NCBI GenBank assembly: GCA_037305845.1
Contig: CP147778.1
Location: 1,504,001 to 1,568,000 of the forward strand
DNA: 64,000 bases
Source: Candidatus Freyarchaeum deiterrae
GTDB lineage: Archaea; Asgardarchaeota; Jordiarchaeia; Jordiarchaeales; Jordiarchaeaceae
Direction: 5' to 3'
Part shown: piece after piece, positions 30,285 to 40,223 of the stretch
How the letters are laid out: every line of letters starts with the position of its first letter
Position numbering within the stretch: the first letter of the stretch is position 1
Translations under genes and position numbers: made by a program
Notes under the pieces: model-generated
What the model was told of the DNA's origin: nothing
The model's database searches: none
What the model saw: the letters and a program-made list of their open reading frames with translations, nothing else

Positions 30285-30484
30285 AAAACAGGAGAAAAAG
30301 AACAACAAACATTAAAACCAATCAGGAACACTTTTGCAAAAAAAATGAATTAATGCCTCAGACTAAACCAGTTTTCCTTCAACAAATGTATAACACACAA
30401 AACGGGCAACCAAAAGGTAACAGTGTTTAGATAAACCGTGAACTTTTTTTAGAAAGTTTTAGCAGTATTTTATTATACTATATG

Positions 30485-31330
30485 TTAGGGAGTAAGAACA
30501 TCTTTCGTTTTCAAAACTTCAATACCGTTGTTTTCCGCAAAATGAATTATTTGCGACCTTTCTTCCGATTTTACACCCTTCCAATCTATAATGAAAAATT
30601 TCAATTCCCCGAGAGTCTTATTGACAATTTGTTTGAACATAAGCTCATCCAGTAGAGGTACAGCGTACTTTGATGCTATATGTCCTACAGCTATATCTGA
30701 ATTCAAATTAATTTCAGAGAATTTAGGAGCGTAGTGACCGCCTCCAAAACCTGCCGATACACGCCAATTTTTACTCTCCAAGTGCAGAACATCAATTATT
30801 GCTTGAGCAACAGCAGAACCCGCATTCTCATCCTTCCACTGTTTTTCAGAGCTCCCAATCTCAATAAAAAATGAGGGACATAAAGTTGTAGGACCATGAT
30901 GTGTCTGCTCTTGGGAAACCTCGTAGTCTAACCCCAATTTATTTTTCATCTCAAACAACTTTAATAAGGAGGCTTTCAAATGATGAGGAGGAGCTACGGA
31001 TAAGGTTCTTGGTAACCCTCCGTATTTCGCTTCACCAAAATTACCTGAGACGTGTACCGTTAGGGTTCGTTCTCCGGTAGCACTACTATGCCTGCTAGCA
31101 AATATTATTAGCTCAGGACGAAGCTTTTCCAAATTGTTACAATAAAGAATGCCTTCTCGGCATTGCACCAGAAATACTTCTTTCCCAGCAATTTCACCAA
31201 CCCATCTTCTTTCTTCTTTATCCTTAGCCTCGGCTTCGGTGAAATCAACCAACTCTCTGAGCTTTTTAGAAATATTTGTCCCTGCGGCGTCTAGAATAGA
31301 ACTTACAATAAGTATCAAAAAGTTCCCCAC
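30485..31330 (-). CDS. dtdA: Archaeal D-aminoacyl-tRNA deacylase (DTD2)
   Basis: FASRHSS, LTVH, THHGPT, FIEIGS, GFGGGHYAP. Confidence 0.92.
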   Translation of the reverse strand: MGNFLILIVSSILDAAGTNISKKLRELVDFTEAEAKDKEERRWVGEIAGKEVFLVQCREGILYCNNLEKLRPELIIFASRHSSATGERTLTVHVSGNFGEAKYGGLPRTLSVAPPHHLKASLLKLFEMKNKLGLDYEVSQEQTHHGPTTLCPSFFIEIGSSEKQWKDENAGSAVAQAIIDVLHLESKNWRVSAGFGGGHYAPKFSEINLNSDIAVGHIASKYAVPLLDELMFKQIVNKTLGELKFFIIDWKGVKSEERSQIIHFAENNGIEVLKTKDVLTP

Positions 31331-31517
31331 TAGAGATTTTAATTAATTAGGATAACTGTTAGATTATTAAAGCATTGTGAAATTAACTGTCACATTTTTC
31401 GTGAGTTCTCTCGCTATTAATTATTTTAGCGGCGGGAATCATAGCACTATCTTGGTAATACGTGGATATTATTAATAGTTTTTATTTCAGAATGTATGAG
31501 TTCTTTAGCGTGAGAGA

Positions 31518-32582
31518 GTGCCAGACATGAATCAAGTTTCTGAGGAAACAACCAAAAACCAGAGTTATAAGAATTTATTCAAATCCGAGACGGTTAATCA
31601 ACAACTCTATGAAATACTTAACAGTGATAAGGCGAAAGTACAAGTCTTTGGTATTGGAGGAGCCGGTAACAACGCGGTCTCCCATCTAATGGAGAACATC
31701 GTGGAAGGCGTTGAAACCATAGCAGTCAACACCGATGCACAGAACCTGCTATGTACGAATGCGGACTGCAAGTTACTTATAGGTAAAAAACTAACCGGTG
31801 GACTAGGTGCAGGGAATAATCCAGAAGTCGGCATGGCGGCGGCTCAAGAGAGTTTGGAGGAAATCAAAAAAACAATTTCGGCGGATATGGTTTTCATCGC
31901 ATGTGGATTGGGAGGGGGAACCGGAACCGGAGCCGCGCCCATAGTTGCCGAGACAGCTCGCGAATCAGGAGCTCTCACCATTTCATTCTGCTTTTTACCA
32001 TTTCTAATAGAGGGCAAAAAACGCTGGCAAAGTGCAGTTACAGGTCTAAAAAACCTTTACAAAGCCTCCGATACCATGATAATCATCCCCAACGAAAGAC
32101 TATTGGAAGTCTCAACCAAAGTCTCCCTCACCGAGGCGTTTAAACATGCAGACGAAATTCTAACAAAAGGAATCAAATCATTGGCTGAGCTGGTTGTCAA
32201 ACCTGGACTTGTAAACGTCGATCTCGCCGATGTCAGAACTGTCATTAAGAACAGTGGAATTGCTTTCATAGGTGTTGGAGAATCAGAAGGCAATGACAGG
32301 GCGAGCAAGGCGGTTGAAAACGCACTGGCAAACCCCATAGTGGATGTAGATATCCAGAATGCAAGGGCAGCACTTATAAACATATGCGGCGACCAAAGTC
32401 TAACACTGGGAGAAGCAGAATTAGTCGTAAGAAAAGTATACGAAAGAGTAAATAAGAACTCAGAAATCATCTGGGGCGCGGTCATTAACCCAAATTTAAA
32501 AAACACTCTACGCGTAACATTAGTAGTCGGCTCTGTATCATTCCCCTATGTCGAACAATTAATCAAAAACGTAGAGGGCTAA
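31518..32582 (+). CDS. ftsZ: Cell-division protein FtsZ (FtsZ1-type context)
   Basis: GIGGAGNN, NTDAQ, GLGGGTGTG, T7 loop LVNVDLAD; upstream of secE-spt5. Confidence 0.95.
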   Translation: MPDMNQVSEETTKNQSYKNLFKSETVNQQLYEILNSDKAKVQVFGIGGAGNNAVSHLMENIVEGVETIAVNTDAQNLLCTNADCKLLIGKKLTGGLGAGNNPEVGMAAAQESLEEIKKTISADMVFIACGLGGGTGTGAAPIVAETARESGALTISFCFLPFLIEGKKRWQSAVTGLKNLYKASDTMIIIPNERLLEVSTKVSLTEAFKHADEILTKGIKSLAELVVKPGLVNVDLADVRTVIKNSGIAFIGVGESEGNDRASKAVENALANPIVDVDIQNARAALINICGDQSLTLGEAELVVRKVYERVNKNSEIIWGAVINPNLKNTLRVTLVVGSVSFPYVEQLIKNVEG

Positions 32583-32912
32583 AAATCATGGAATAAACAA
32601 GACAGGGAAGCCCTCAAATATCGGAGCGGAATAGGATTCCCCTTTAAAAGAGAGAACAATTGTTTCGTTTGCGATTTAACAAGTTTTCTTACTATTCACG
32701 CGTTTTAGAGACTTATTTCAACCACATTTTTTTCAGAAAAATCCCATTAACCACAAGAAAGTGGATGAAATCTATCCATAGTACCAAAAATAACATCCTG
32801 AGAGCAAGAAAGTCAATTAAGTTTAAAAGATATTAAGGTAAATTCCTATCTAGCTAATGCTAATCAAATCAAACACTATCGACGTATAGAACAGATTTGG
32901 AGGCCTAACAAA

Positions 32913-33113
32913 TTGGGCATAATAAGTTTCCTTAAAAGATCTAGACGTGTATTCAAGCTAGCTAGGTATCCATCCCGAAAAGAAATGTGGGCAATAATCA
33001 GGGTTTGCATCTTAGGCATTCTCCTAATAGGATTTGTTGCATTCGTAATCACGTTACTCTTTGTTAACGGCTTACTTCCCATCATTAGACCGACTACTAC
33101 TGCTGTCTTATAA
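32913..33113 (+). CDS. secE: Protein translocase SecE/Sec61-gamma
   Basis: RRVFKLARYPSRKE followed by a single TM helix; conserved context. Confidence 0.88.
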   Translation: MGIISFLKRSRRVFKLARYPSRKEMWAIIRVCILGILLIGFVAFVITLLFVNGLLPIIRPTTTAVL

Positions 33114-33142
33114 TCTTGAAAAATAAAGTATAGGTGGGGTAA

Positions 33143-33625
33143 ATGTCTAAAAAAACAAGCATATTCGCGCTCAGGACAACCATTGGACAAGAAAAGAGTG
33201 TTGCCACACTAATAGAGAAAAGAGTAGATAGCAATCCTCAAGCGGAAATTAAGGTTATACTGGTGCCCGAGGCTCTCAGCGGATATGTTTTCATTGAAGC
33301 CCCCAGCCAGAGGGAAATTAACAGAATAATAACAGGCTTACCCCACGTTAGAGGAAAAGTGGTAGGCAAAATAGACATTGGTGAATTAAATGATTTCCTA
33401 ATTCCAAAACCCTCAACAGAAGGAATTAGTAGAGGAGACATAGTGGAAATAACTGGAGGCCCCTTCAAGGGTGAAAAAGCGAAAGTGACCCGAATAGACC
33501 CAGACAAGGGAGACGTAGTCCTAGAACTAATAGAATCACAGTTTCCAATTCCGGTGAAAGTTCATGCTGACTATGTTAAGCTTGTGGAGAAGGGAGAGGG
33601 TGAAGGAGAAGGCGAGAACGAATAA
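33143..33625 (+). CDS. spt5: Transcription elongation factor Spt5
   Basis: RTTIGQE, GYVFIEA, KOW motif GDIVEITGGPFKGEKAKV. Confidence 0.95.
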   Translation: MSKKTSIFALRTTIGQEKSVATLIEKRVDSNPQAEIKVILVPEALSGYVFIEAPSQREINRIITGLPHVRGKVVGKIDIGELNDFLIPKPSTEGISRGDIVEITGGPFKGEKAKVTRIDPDKGDVVLELIESQFPIPVKVHADYVKLVEKGEGEGEGENE

Positions 33626-33885
33626 TTTTTAATAAATAAAATTATTCATATAAGATTTATGTTATGCAAATTATACTGACTTGCTAAAGAAGTCATTAAT
33701 CGCAAAAAATTTTTAAACTTGCGGCAAGATGTGTTTCGATGCATAGATTTAATTAAAAAAGTTTAAGGTAACAGCTAGATAAATTATAAATCCCGTAAAG
33801 GGGTATCTCTACAAGTGAAATGTTAAAGAACTATAACAGATCCCCGCCCTATTATGAAATGAGATGTTAAAGAAGGAGAACTAAA

Positions 33886-34374
33886 ATGGTACAAAAAGTA
33901 ATCGTAAGCGCATTGGTCGATGGAGGCAAGGCGTCTGCAGGGCCTCCTATTGGACCGGCTTTGGGTCCTACTGGTGTTAATCTTTACCAAGTGGTTCAGA
34001 AAATTAATGAAATGACTGCTAACTTTAAAAATTTGAAAGTTCCGGTGAAGATACTTGTTAATCCTGAGGATAAATCCTTTGAGGTTGAGGTGGGGACGCC
34101 TCCTACATCTGCCCTGATACTCAGTGAATTGGGTGTAGAGAAAGGTAGTAAGGAGCCGAACAAGAGTAAAGTTGGAGACATTAGCATTGATGCCGTGGTG
34201 AAGATAGCTAAAATGAAAATTGATAACCTTGCGGCGAATAGTTTAGAGAAAGCTACACGCACGATTTTGGGAACCTGTGTATCTGTGGGTGTCACAGTTA
34301 ATGGAAAGGATCCCAAGGAAGTGCAGAAAGAAATCTCGGAAGGAAAGTATAGTGAATTATTATCCAAAGCGTAA
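33886..34374 (+). CDS. rpl11: Ribosomal protein uL11
   Basis: GGKASAGPPIGPALGP, PPTSALI, GTCVSVGV. Confidence 0.96.
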   Translation: MVQKVIVSALVDGGKASAGPPIGPALGPTGVNLYQVVQKINEMTANFKNLKVPVKILVNPEDKSFEVEVGTPPTSALILSELGVEKGSKEPNKSKVGDISIDAVVKIAKMKIDNLAANSLEKATRTILGTCVSVGVTVNGKDPKEVQKEISEGKYSELLSKA

Positions 34375-34478
34375 TTTTCTATTGGTTTAAATGTGTTGGG
34401 GTGATTCGTAGCCTCTTTTATGATTTGAAAAATGGACTTAATTGTGTCTAGCTGATTGTTATTTAGAAGGGAATTGTT

Positions 34479-35120
34479 ATGCCTTTAGATGATAAGAAAG
34501 TCTTGGAAGCTATCAAGAAGGTTAAGCAGAATTCGAAGAAGAGAAAATTTGTTCAGTCGATTGAGTTAGCAATCAATATGAAAGATGTTGACTTGAAAAA
34601 ACCGGAGAATCGTGTAAATACAGAGCTAACTCTCCCGAATGAGACTGGTAAAGATCCAAAGGTTTGTGTAATTGCAGCGGGAGACCTTGCGGTTAAGGCG
34701 AAGAATGCGGGAGCTTATGTGATAGATAAAGATGAGCTAAGCGAGGTTGCACGAAATAAGAAAACTGTGAAAAAACTTGCTCAGGAATATGATTTTTTTA
34801 TTGCCCGAGCTGATGTAATGCCTCAGATTGGTAAAACTCTTGGTTCCGTACTCGGTCCAAGGGGTAAAATGCCAAAGCCGGTTCCTCCAAATGCGGATAT
34901 TAAAACTCTTCTTGATCAGTACAAAAGAAATGCGCGTGTTAGAATGAGAGAGAATCAGGTTATACACTTAAGGATTGGCAACGAGGAGATGGATGAGAAG
35001 AAAATGGTGGATAATGTTCAGAGTGTTATCAACTTTTTAGAGGGTAAATTTGAAAAGGGGTCCAGAAATATTAAATCTGTTTATCTAAAAACTACTATGG
35101 GCCCGGCAGTAAAAGTGTAA
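34479..35120 (+). CDS. rpl1: Ribosomal protein uL1
   Basis: RKFVQSIEL, LGPRGKMP, KTTMGP. Confidence 0.96.
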   Translation: MPLDDKKVLEAIKKVKQNSKKRKFVQSIELAINMKDVDLKKPENRVNTELTLPNETGKDPKVCVIAAGDLAVKAKNAGAYVIDKDELSEVARNKKTVKKLAQEYDFFIARADVMPQIGKTLGSVLGPRGKMPKPVPPNADIKTLLDQYKRNARVRMRENQVIHLRIGNEEMDEKKMVDNVQSVINFLEGKFEKGSRNIKSVYLKTTMGPAVKV

Positions 35121-35129
35121 TAGGAAGCT

Positions 35130-35948
35130 TTGAAAATGGCGGTAACTGCTAGAGGAAGACCTGTACCAGGGTACAAGGTGGAAAAGAAAAGCGAGTTAAA
35201 GAGTTTATTAGAAAAGTATAAGGTTATAGGCATAACTACCATGCAAGGAATAGGTGCTAAACAACTTCAGGGTCTGAGGAAGAAACTGAAGGGTACTGCA
35301 CTGATAAGAATGGATAAAAACACGATTATCACGCGTAGTCTTAGTGAAATTAAGGATAAAAAGAAAAATGCCGATAAGCTAGCAGACTACGTGAGAGGGT
35401 CAGTAGCATTAATACTTACGGACATGGATCCATTCAAATTAAGCAACATCCTTGCCAAGAACAAAACCCGAACCACTGCCAAGCCGGAAACCGTGAGCCC
35501 CGTTGAAATTATGGTGCCAGCAGGAAACACTGGTTTTCCACCCGGCCCAGTAATTGGTGAGTTAGGTGAAGCAGGACTTCCAACCCGTGTAGAATCAGGA
35601 ACAATATGGATAACGAAAGACACAGTTGTAGCGAAGCAGGGAGACCTTATTAACAAAAAATTAGCGCTGGTTCTTAAAAGAATCGGCATTGAACCCATAG
35701 AGGTTGGTTTATCACTTTATGCAGCTCTCGATGACGGCTTAATATTAACGGAGGATGTTTTAGCTGCGGATCCTGAAAAATATGTAAAGAGAATTCAAGA
35801 AGCATATATCCAGGCATTAAATCTTGCAATATACGCAGGAATAATTACGCCGGAAACAATACCTTTGCTATTAAGAAAAGCCTATGCAGAAGCCTCAAAT
35901 ATAGCGATAAAAGCTAAGCTGGATATACCTGAACTCTCTCAAAAGTAA
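35130..35948 (+). CDS. rpl10: Ribosomal stalk protein uL10/P0, lacking the C-terminal tail
   Basis: KNT, VPAGNTGFPPGP, IGIEPIEVGL; located between uL1 and P1. Confidence 0.93.
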   Translation: MKMAVTARGRPVPGYKVEKKSELKSLLEKYKVIGITTMQGIGAKQLQGLRKKLKGTALIRMDKNTIITRSLSEIKDKKKNADKLADYVRGSVALILTDMDPFKLSNILAKNKTRTTAKPETVSPVEIMVPAGNTGFPPGPVIGELGEAGLPTRVESGTIWITKDTVVAKQGDLINKKLALVLKRIGIEPIEVGLSLYAALDDGLILTEDVLAADPEKYVKRIQEAYIQALNLAIYAGIITPETIPLLLRKAYAEASNIAIKAKLDIPELSQK

Positions 35949-35996
35949 TAAAAAATAAAAAAATCAAAAAATGGAAAATTATGATAAACCTATGAG

Positions 35997-36311
35997 GTGA
36001 AAGCAATGATGGAATACGTGTATGCTTCGATGCTTCTCCACAAGGCAGGAAAAAAAATAACTGAAGAAAGCGTTTCTAAGGTTCTGGAAGCGGCTGGAGT
36101 GAAAACTGATTCGGCTAAAGCCAAGTCTCTAGTCGCCGCATTGGAAACAGTGAATATCGAGGAGGCAATCAAAACCGCAGCTCCAGTAGCAGCGGCAGCA
36201 CCAACAGCAGAAACTCCAGGAGCAAAACCAGGTAAAGAAGAGAAGAAGAAGAAAGAAGAGAAGAAGGAAGAAAAGGAAGAAGTGGCAGGTCTAGGAGCGC
36301 TCTTTGGTTAG
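35997..36311 (+). CDS. rpl12: Ribosomal stalk protein P1 (aL12)
   Basis: [11 protein letters not shown], Ala-rich hinge, C-terminal GLGALFG. Confidence 0.96.
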   Translation: MKAMMEYVYASMLLHKAGKKITEESVSKVLEAAGVKTDSAKAKSLVAALETVNIEEAIKTAAPVAAAAPTAETPGAKPGKEEKKKKEEKKEEKEEVAGLGALFG

Positions 36312-36425
36312 AGAGCTTAAAAAGTCTGGAAACTTGCCATAAACCATTAACTTTGTAGCGCGTCTTTCACTTCTCTTTGAGTTTATAGTAAAAAGAACAG
36401 TACACTGAATATTGGAAGCCTCTTG

Positions 36426-39161
36426 TTAGTTTTCACTCTGTTTTATGAGGCTTTCTATCTTTTTTAGCATTTCTTTCATTTTCTCTATTTTTGGACCGCC
36501 CCCTCTAGCAAATCTGCCTTTTCCTCCGCCGCTGCCACCTACTATTTTTGAAGCTTCTTTAATGATCTCGCTAATATTTATGTTAGTGGATTCGCCAACC
36601 ATGCCTATGACATCCACTTTATCGTTCGTCATCGCTAAAACCACCACCGCGTTTGGCCTTTCGTCTGTTATTTTGCTAGCAACTTTTATTGCCTCATCCA
36701 TGCCTAACTTTGTTTTTTCGATGATTAATTCGTATTCTCCAAATTTTTCTATTTTATTCGTAATTTCTCTTGCTTCAGTTTCTGCTATATCTCCACGTAG
36801 TCTTTCTATTTCTTTTCCCCTTTGCTTCCATTCTTCAAAAAAACGTTCAGCTGTTTTAGGCAACTGAGTAGGAGGAGTACGGAAGATGTTGGCGGTTTCC
36901 TCTAAAAGGGCATCCATTTTTTGAACATATTCAATTGCAGGCATACCCGCACTAAACTCCAGCCTGACAACTCCGTCCTGTATTCTCTCAGCCCCTTTAA
37001 TCTTAATTAGACCAACTTCACCCGTATTTTTAAGGTGGGTGCCGCCACATGCTTCCACATCCCAGTTTTCTATATTAATAATTCTAAGGGTACTTCCAGG
37101 TACGACTCCCCCCTGGTAAATTTGAAAACCGTATTTTTTTTCCGCTTCGTCTCTTCGCATCCACTTTGCGCTAACTGGTCTACTCTCCATAACTATCTCA
37201 TTTGCTTTCTTTTCGATTGCTCTAATTTCCTCTGTACTTAGCGCCTTATAGTGTGTGATGTCTAATCGCGCACCTTCAGGGGTTTTTTCCGCTCCCGCTT
37301 GCCAAATATGAGAACCAAGACATTTTTTCGCAGCGCCGTTTACTATATGCGTGGCGGTATGGTGTCTCATGAGTGCGATTCTTCTGTCCCAATCTATTAT
37401 TCCCTTAATCTGCTGAGGCGGTTTTAGGTCAAAGGGTTTATCGAGCTTATGTACTATTACGTTACCCAATTTTTGTACATCAAGAACCCTGTATCCATTT
37501 AGACTTCCAGTATCGTTCGCTGCTCCACCACCCGTTGGATAGAACAAGGTTTGATCTAATACTACGCCGGAATCGACTGCCTTCAAAACTCTAGCTTCGA
37601 ATTCTTTCTCGTAAGGTTTTTCATAATATAGAGTTTTAGTTGCCGGTAAATCCTTGATTGCATCTGTTAGCTCATCCTTGGCAGCAGAAACAGTAATCTT
37701 TTCCTTTTTACTACCTAATTGTACATAGAAATCTCCAGGGATTTCGAGCTTTATCCCGGACTCCTCCGCAATTTCTTGAACCATCTCTGGAGAGATTCCT
37801 TTTGATTCATAAAGCTCAATTAAGGTGCTTAGATCCAGTTTCTTCTGTTTTTTGAAAAGCCCTGCTACGTGTTTTTTACCCTTTTCCAATGTTTGGTAAT
37901 ATCTTTCTCGCTCAGTAGTGAATATATCATCAATAATATCCGAAGCGGCTTCTACCCGTTTGTAAGTTTTCTTCAAATAATTAATGTGTTTATGGAGAAG
38001 CTCCAAGAAATCCAACTCAAAATGATATAAATCGTTCAAACTTAATACGCGTCTAAGTATTATGCGCAGATTATAGCCTCCGCCAACATTTGAGGGAATT
38101 CCACCGTCAGCAGTTGCAAAAACCAGTGTTCTTGTATGGTCTGAAATAGCGTAAAGCGCTTCCAATGGCCCCAAGGTTTTTTCCAAGTCTTCTTGGGAGA
38201 TGCCTAGTTTTGTGGCAACTTCGCTTCTAGCCTTATCGATATTTTCCACCTCATCCACATTAAGAAGACCCGAAAGAACAGTATAACGCTCCAAAAGGGA
38301 TTGATCCACAGATACTCCAGTGCTCTTCTTCAGCCAGTCCAACACAGGGCCGAATGTTGCCTCATAAATAGTTGGGGAACCCTGAGTGAACCATCCTACA
38401 CGTTCCACTCCCCAACCCACATCAATAACCTTGATGTCTAACTCTCGATAAGCACCATCAGGAGTAACCGCGTATTGCATAAACACGTTATTGACGATTT
38501 CTAAACCTCCACCGAAAGCCTCCAGGCAAGGGCCGAAGTTTCCACCGCCCATCCAAATGTCCTCTTTATAGCTAACCTCATCGCGATTCAGTTTAAGGCA
38601 CTTGGTAAGAAACTCAAAATTGAGTTCAATGCAACGGTCCATCCAGTAACCATTTCCATTATAATTGAAAGCATGTTGACCGCCCATAATAAATAGGCTT
38701 AAATGCCTTCCCGTTTTCCCGACATTATCTATGTCGTTGAACCCCTTGCCGCCGAACCTTATACACGGCTGAGGCACCACTAAAGGATTCGCTGGAGGCT
38801 CAATAACTCCTTCAACCACGTAGGGCTGAAAATCGGCAATGGAGGCAATGGTGAATGGAATATCCTCTCTCCACCTAGCAACAACAGGATACTCGCCTAT
38901 CCTTGTGTGACCTCTCTTCTCAAAGAAACTACACCAATTCTTAACTGCTTGGTGAAAATCCCAACCTCCATCCATCTTGCGCCCAATAAATTTGTATCCC
39001 CCAACACACTTCGTGTCTCCGCAGAGTTCACTTTCACCGGTAGTCCAGTACCAATCACCACAAGACTGACAGCGTCTTCTGTCAAATCCTTCTCTCTTAA
39101 ACAATTCTACCTCATAGCTTTCTCTGCTAAACTTACTCCGAAGTTCATCTTTAGAAATCAT
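36426..39161 (-). CDS. alaS: Alanyl-tRNA synthetase
   Basis: FTIASIADFQP, DNVGKTGRH, DHTRT, RHHTATH, CGGTH, GGSGGG. Confidence 0.96.
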   Translation of the reverse strand: MISKDELRSKFSRESYEVELFKREGFDRRRCQSCGDWYWTTGESELCGDTKCVGGYKFIGRKMDGGWDFHQAVKNWCSFFEKRGHTRIGEYPVVARWREDIPFTIASIADFQPYVVEGVIEPPANPLVVPQPCIRFGGKGFNDIDNVGKTGRHLSLFIMGGQHAFNYNGNGYWMDRCIELNFEFLTKCLKLNRDEVSYKEDIWMGGGNFGPCLEAFGGGLEIVNNVFMQYAVTPDGAYRELDIKVIDVGWGVERVGWFTQGSPTIYEATFGPVLDWLKKSTGVSVDQSLLERYTVLSGLLNVDEVENIDKARSEVATKLGISQEDLEKTLGPLEALYAISDHTRTLVFATADGGIPSNVGGGYNLRIILRRVLSLNDLYHFELDFLELLHKHINYLKKTYKRVEAASDIIDDIFTTERERYYQTLEKGKKHVAGLFKKQKKLDLSTLIELYESKGISPEMVQEIAEESGIKLEIPGDFYVQLGSKKEKITVSAAKDELTDAIKDLPATKTLYYEKPYEKEFEARVLKAVDSGVVLDQTLFYPTGGGAANDTGSLNGYRVLDVQKLGNVIVHKLDKPFDLKPPQQIKGIIDWDRRIALMRHHTATHIVNGAAKKCLGSHIWQAGAEKTPEGARLDITHYKALSTEEIRAIEKKANEIVMESRPVSAKWMRRDEAEKKYGFQIYQGGVVPGSTLRIINIENWDVEACGGTHLKNTGEVGLIKIKGAERIQDGVVRLEFSAGMPAIEYVQKMDALLEETANIFRTPPTQLPKTAERFFEEWKQRGKEIERLRGDIAETEAREITNKIEKFGEYELIIEKTKLGMDEAIKVASKITDERPNAVVVLAMTNDKVDVIGMVGESTNINISEIIKEASKIVGGSGGGKGRFARGGGPKIEKMKEMLKKIESLIKQSEN

Positions 39162-39324
39162 CGTTATAAAGCCTCCTTTGAATAAAATAATAATGTATCT
39201 AAGACTTTGCGTGGAAATTCTAAAAACTTTGTGTATAAGAAAAACACAGAAAAAAGAAAACGCTGAATAAATAATAATTTATGCAAAAAATCTTTTCTGA
39301 TGGTGGTTAAAAGAGGTTAGCATA

Positions 39325-39987
39325 GTGTTCACTAATCAAAGAATATTGGAAGCAGCAGAGGACCTACGATATCTTCTGAACCGAAAGTATAACAGAGATC
39401 AAGCATTAAACTTTGTTGGAGACCGTTACAAACTAAATAAAGAGGAACGGTTTGTCCTCTACAGAGCGATATACAGCCAAACGGAAGTAAAAGAAAGAAA
39501 AGAAAAAGCTTTAACATTTATAGAACTCGGAGACAAAACACTGACCATAGACGCATACAACGTAATAATAGTTCTTGAAACAATGCTCCAAGGAAAAAAT
39601 CTAATCGACGCCGACGACGCGTTTGTAAGAGACATTTCCGGAGTATTCGGTAAACACAAAATAACAAAAACAACAATCCAAGCAATTGACATAATAATGC
39701 AAACACTGAAACAAACCCCCCCAAAAGAAACACTTATATTTTTTGACAGCCCAGTAAGCAAAAGCGGTGAACTGGCCGCAATCACAAGAAAAAAAATGGA
39801 ACAATACAGCATACACGGCACAGCACAAGTAGCAAAACAAACAGACAACGCAGTCCTGAGAAGAGGACAAGTTGCAGCCACCAGCGACAGCGTCATACTA
39901 CAAAAAGCAAAAAAAACCTTTGACTTAGCAGGATACATCGTAAGAAAAAGGAATTACAAGCATCTATACCCAATAAGGAAAACATAA
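39325..39987 (+). CDS. DUF434-type PIN-like protein
   Basis: AAEDLRYLLNR.Y, VGDRYKL, IDAYNV, RDISG, SKSGELA, ATSDS. Confidence 0.75.
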   Translation: MFTNQRILEAAEDLRYLLNRKYNRDQALNFVGDRYKLNKEERFVLYRAIYSQTEVKERKEKALTFIELGDKTLTIDAYNVIIVLETMLQGKNLIDADDAFVRDISGVFGKHKITKTTIQAIDIIMQTLKQTPPKETLIFFDSPVSKSGELAAITRKKMEQYSIHGTAQVAKQTDNAVLRRGQVAATSDSVILQKAKKTFDLAGYIVRKRNYKHLYPIRKT

Positions 39988-40067
39988 CGGATAAACATTT
40001 TAAAGAATCCGATAAACATAATAAATGAAAAGAAAATCTTAAACCTACACTATATGAGACAAGAGTC

Positions 40068-40210
40068 GGGTACGTCACCTAGCCAGGATTTCAGAAACCT
40101 GAAAGGGTGCCGACGTTTAAGGCATAAGCCCTCTAATCCTGGAGGTAAGCCGGAAAGCCAATAACTATTTGGTCCGGATTTCGAGAGTTCAAACCTCTCC
40201 GTACCCGCCA
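40068..40210 (+). tRNA. tRNA-Arg(TCT), four introns (D-loop 40090-40103; 29/30 at 40113-40127; 37/38 at 40136-40147; 45/46 at 40156-40179); C33
   Basis: Acceptor GGGTACG/CGTACCC+G+CCA. BHB helices CAGG/CCTG, GTGC/GCAT, CCTC/GAGG, CCGG/CCGG, each with 3-nt bulges. Spliced arm CCGGC-CC-TCT-AA-GCCGG. Confidence 0.85.
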
Positions 40211-40223
40211 ATTCCTCTTTTGT

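Noticed and set aside
40128-40150. CT-CTA-A read as an amber-suppressor (pyrrolysine-like) anticodon
   Set aside because: The stem register CCGGC/GCCGG and the strict 37/38 BHB fix the loop as CC-TCT-AA, and the body and G73 are Arg-type.
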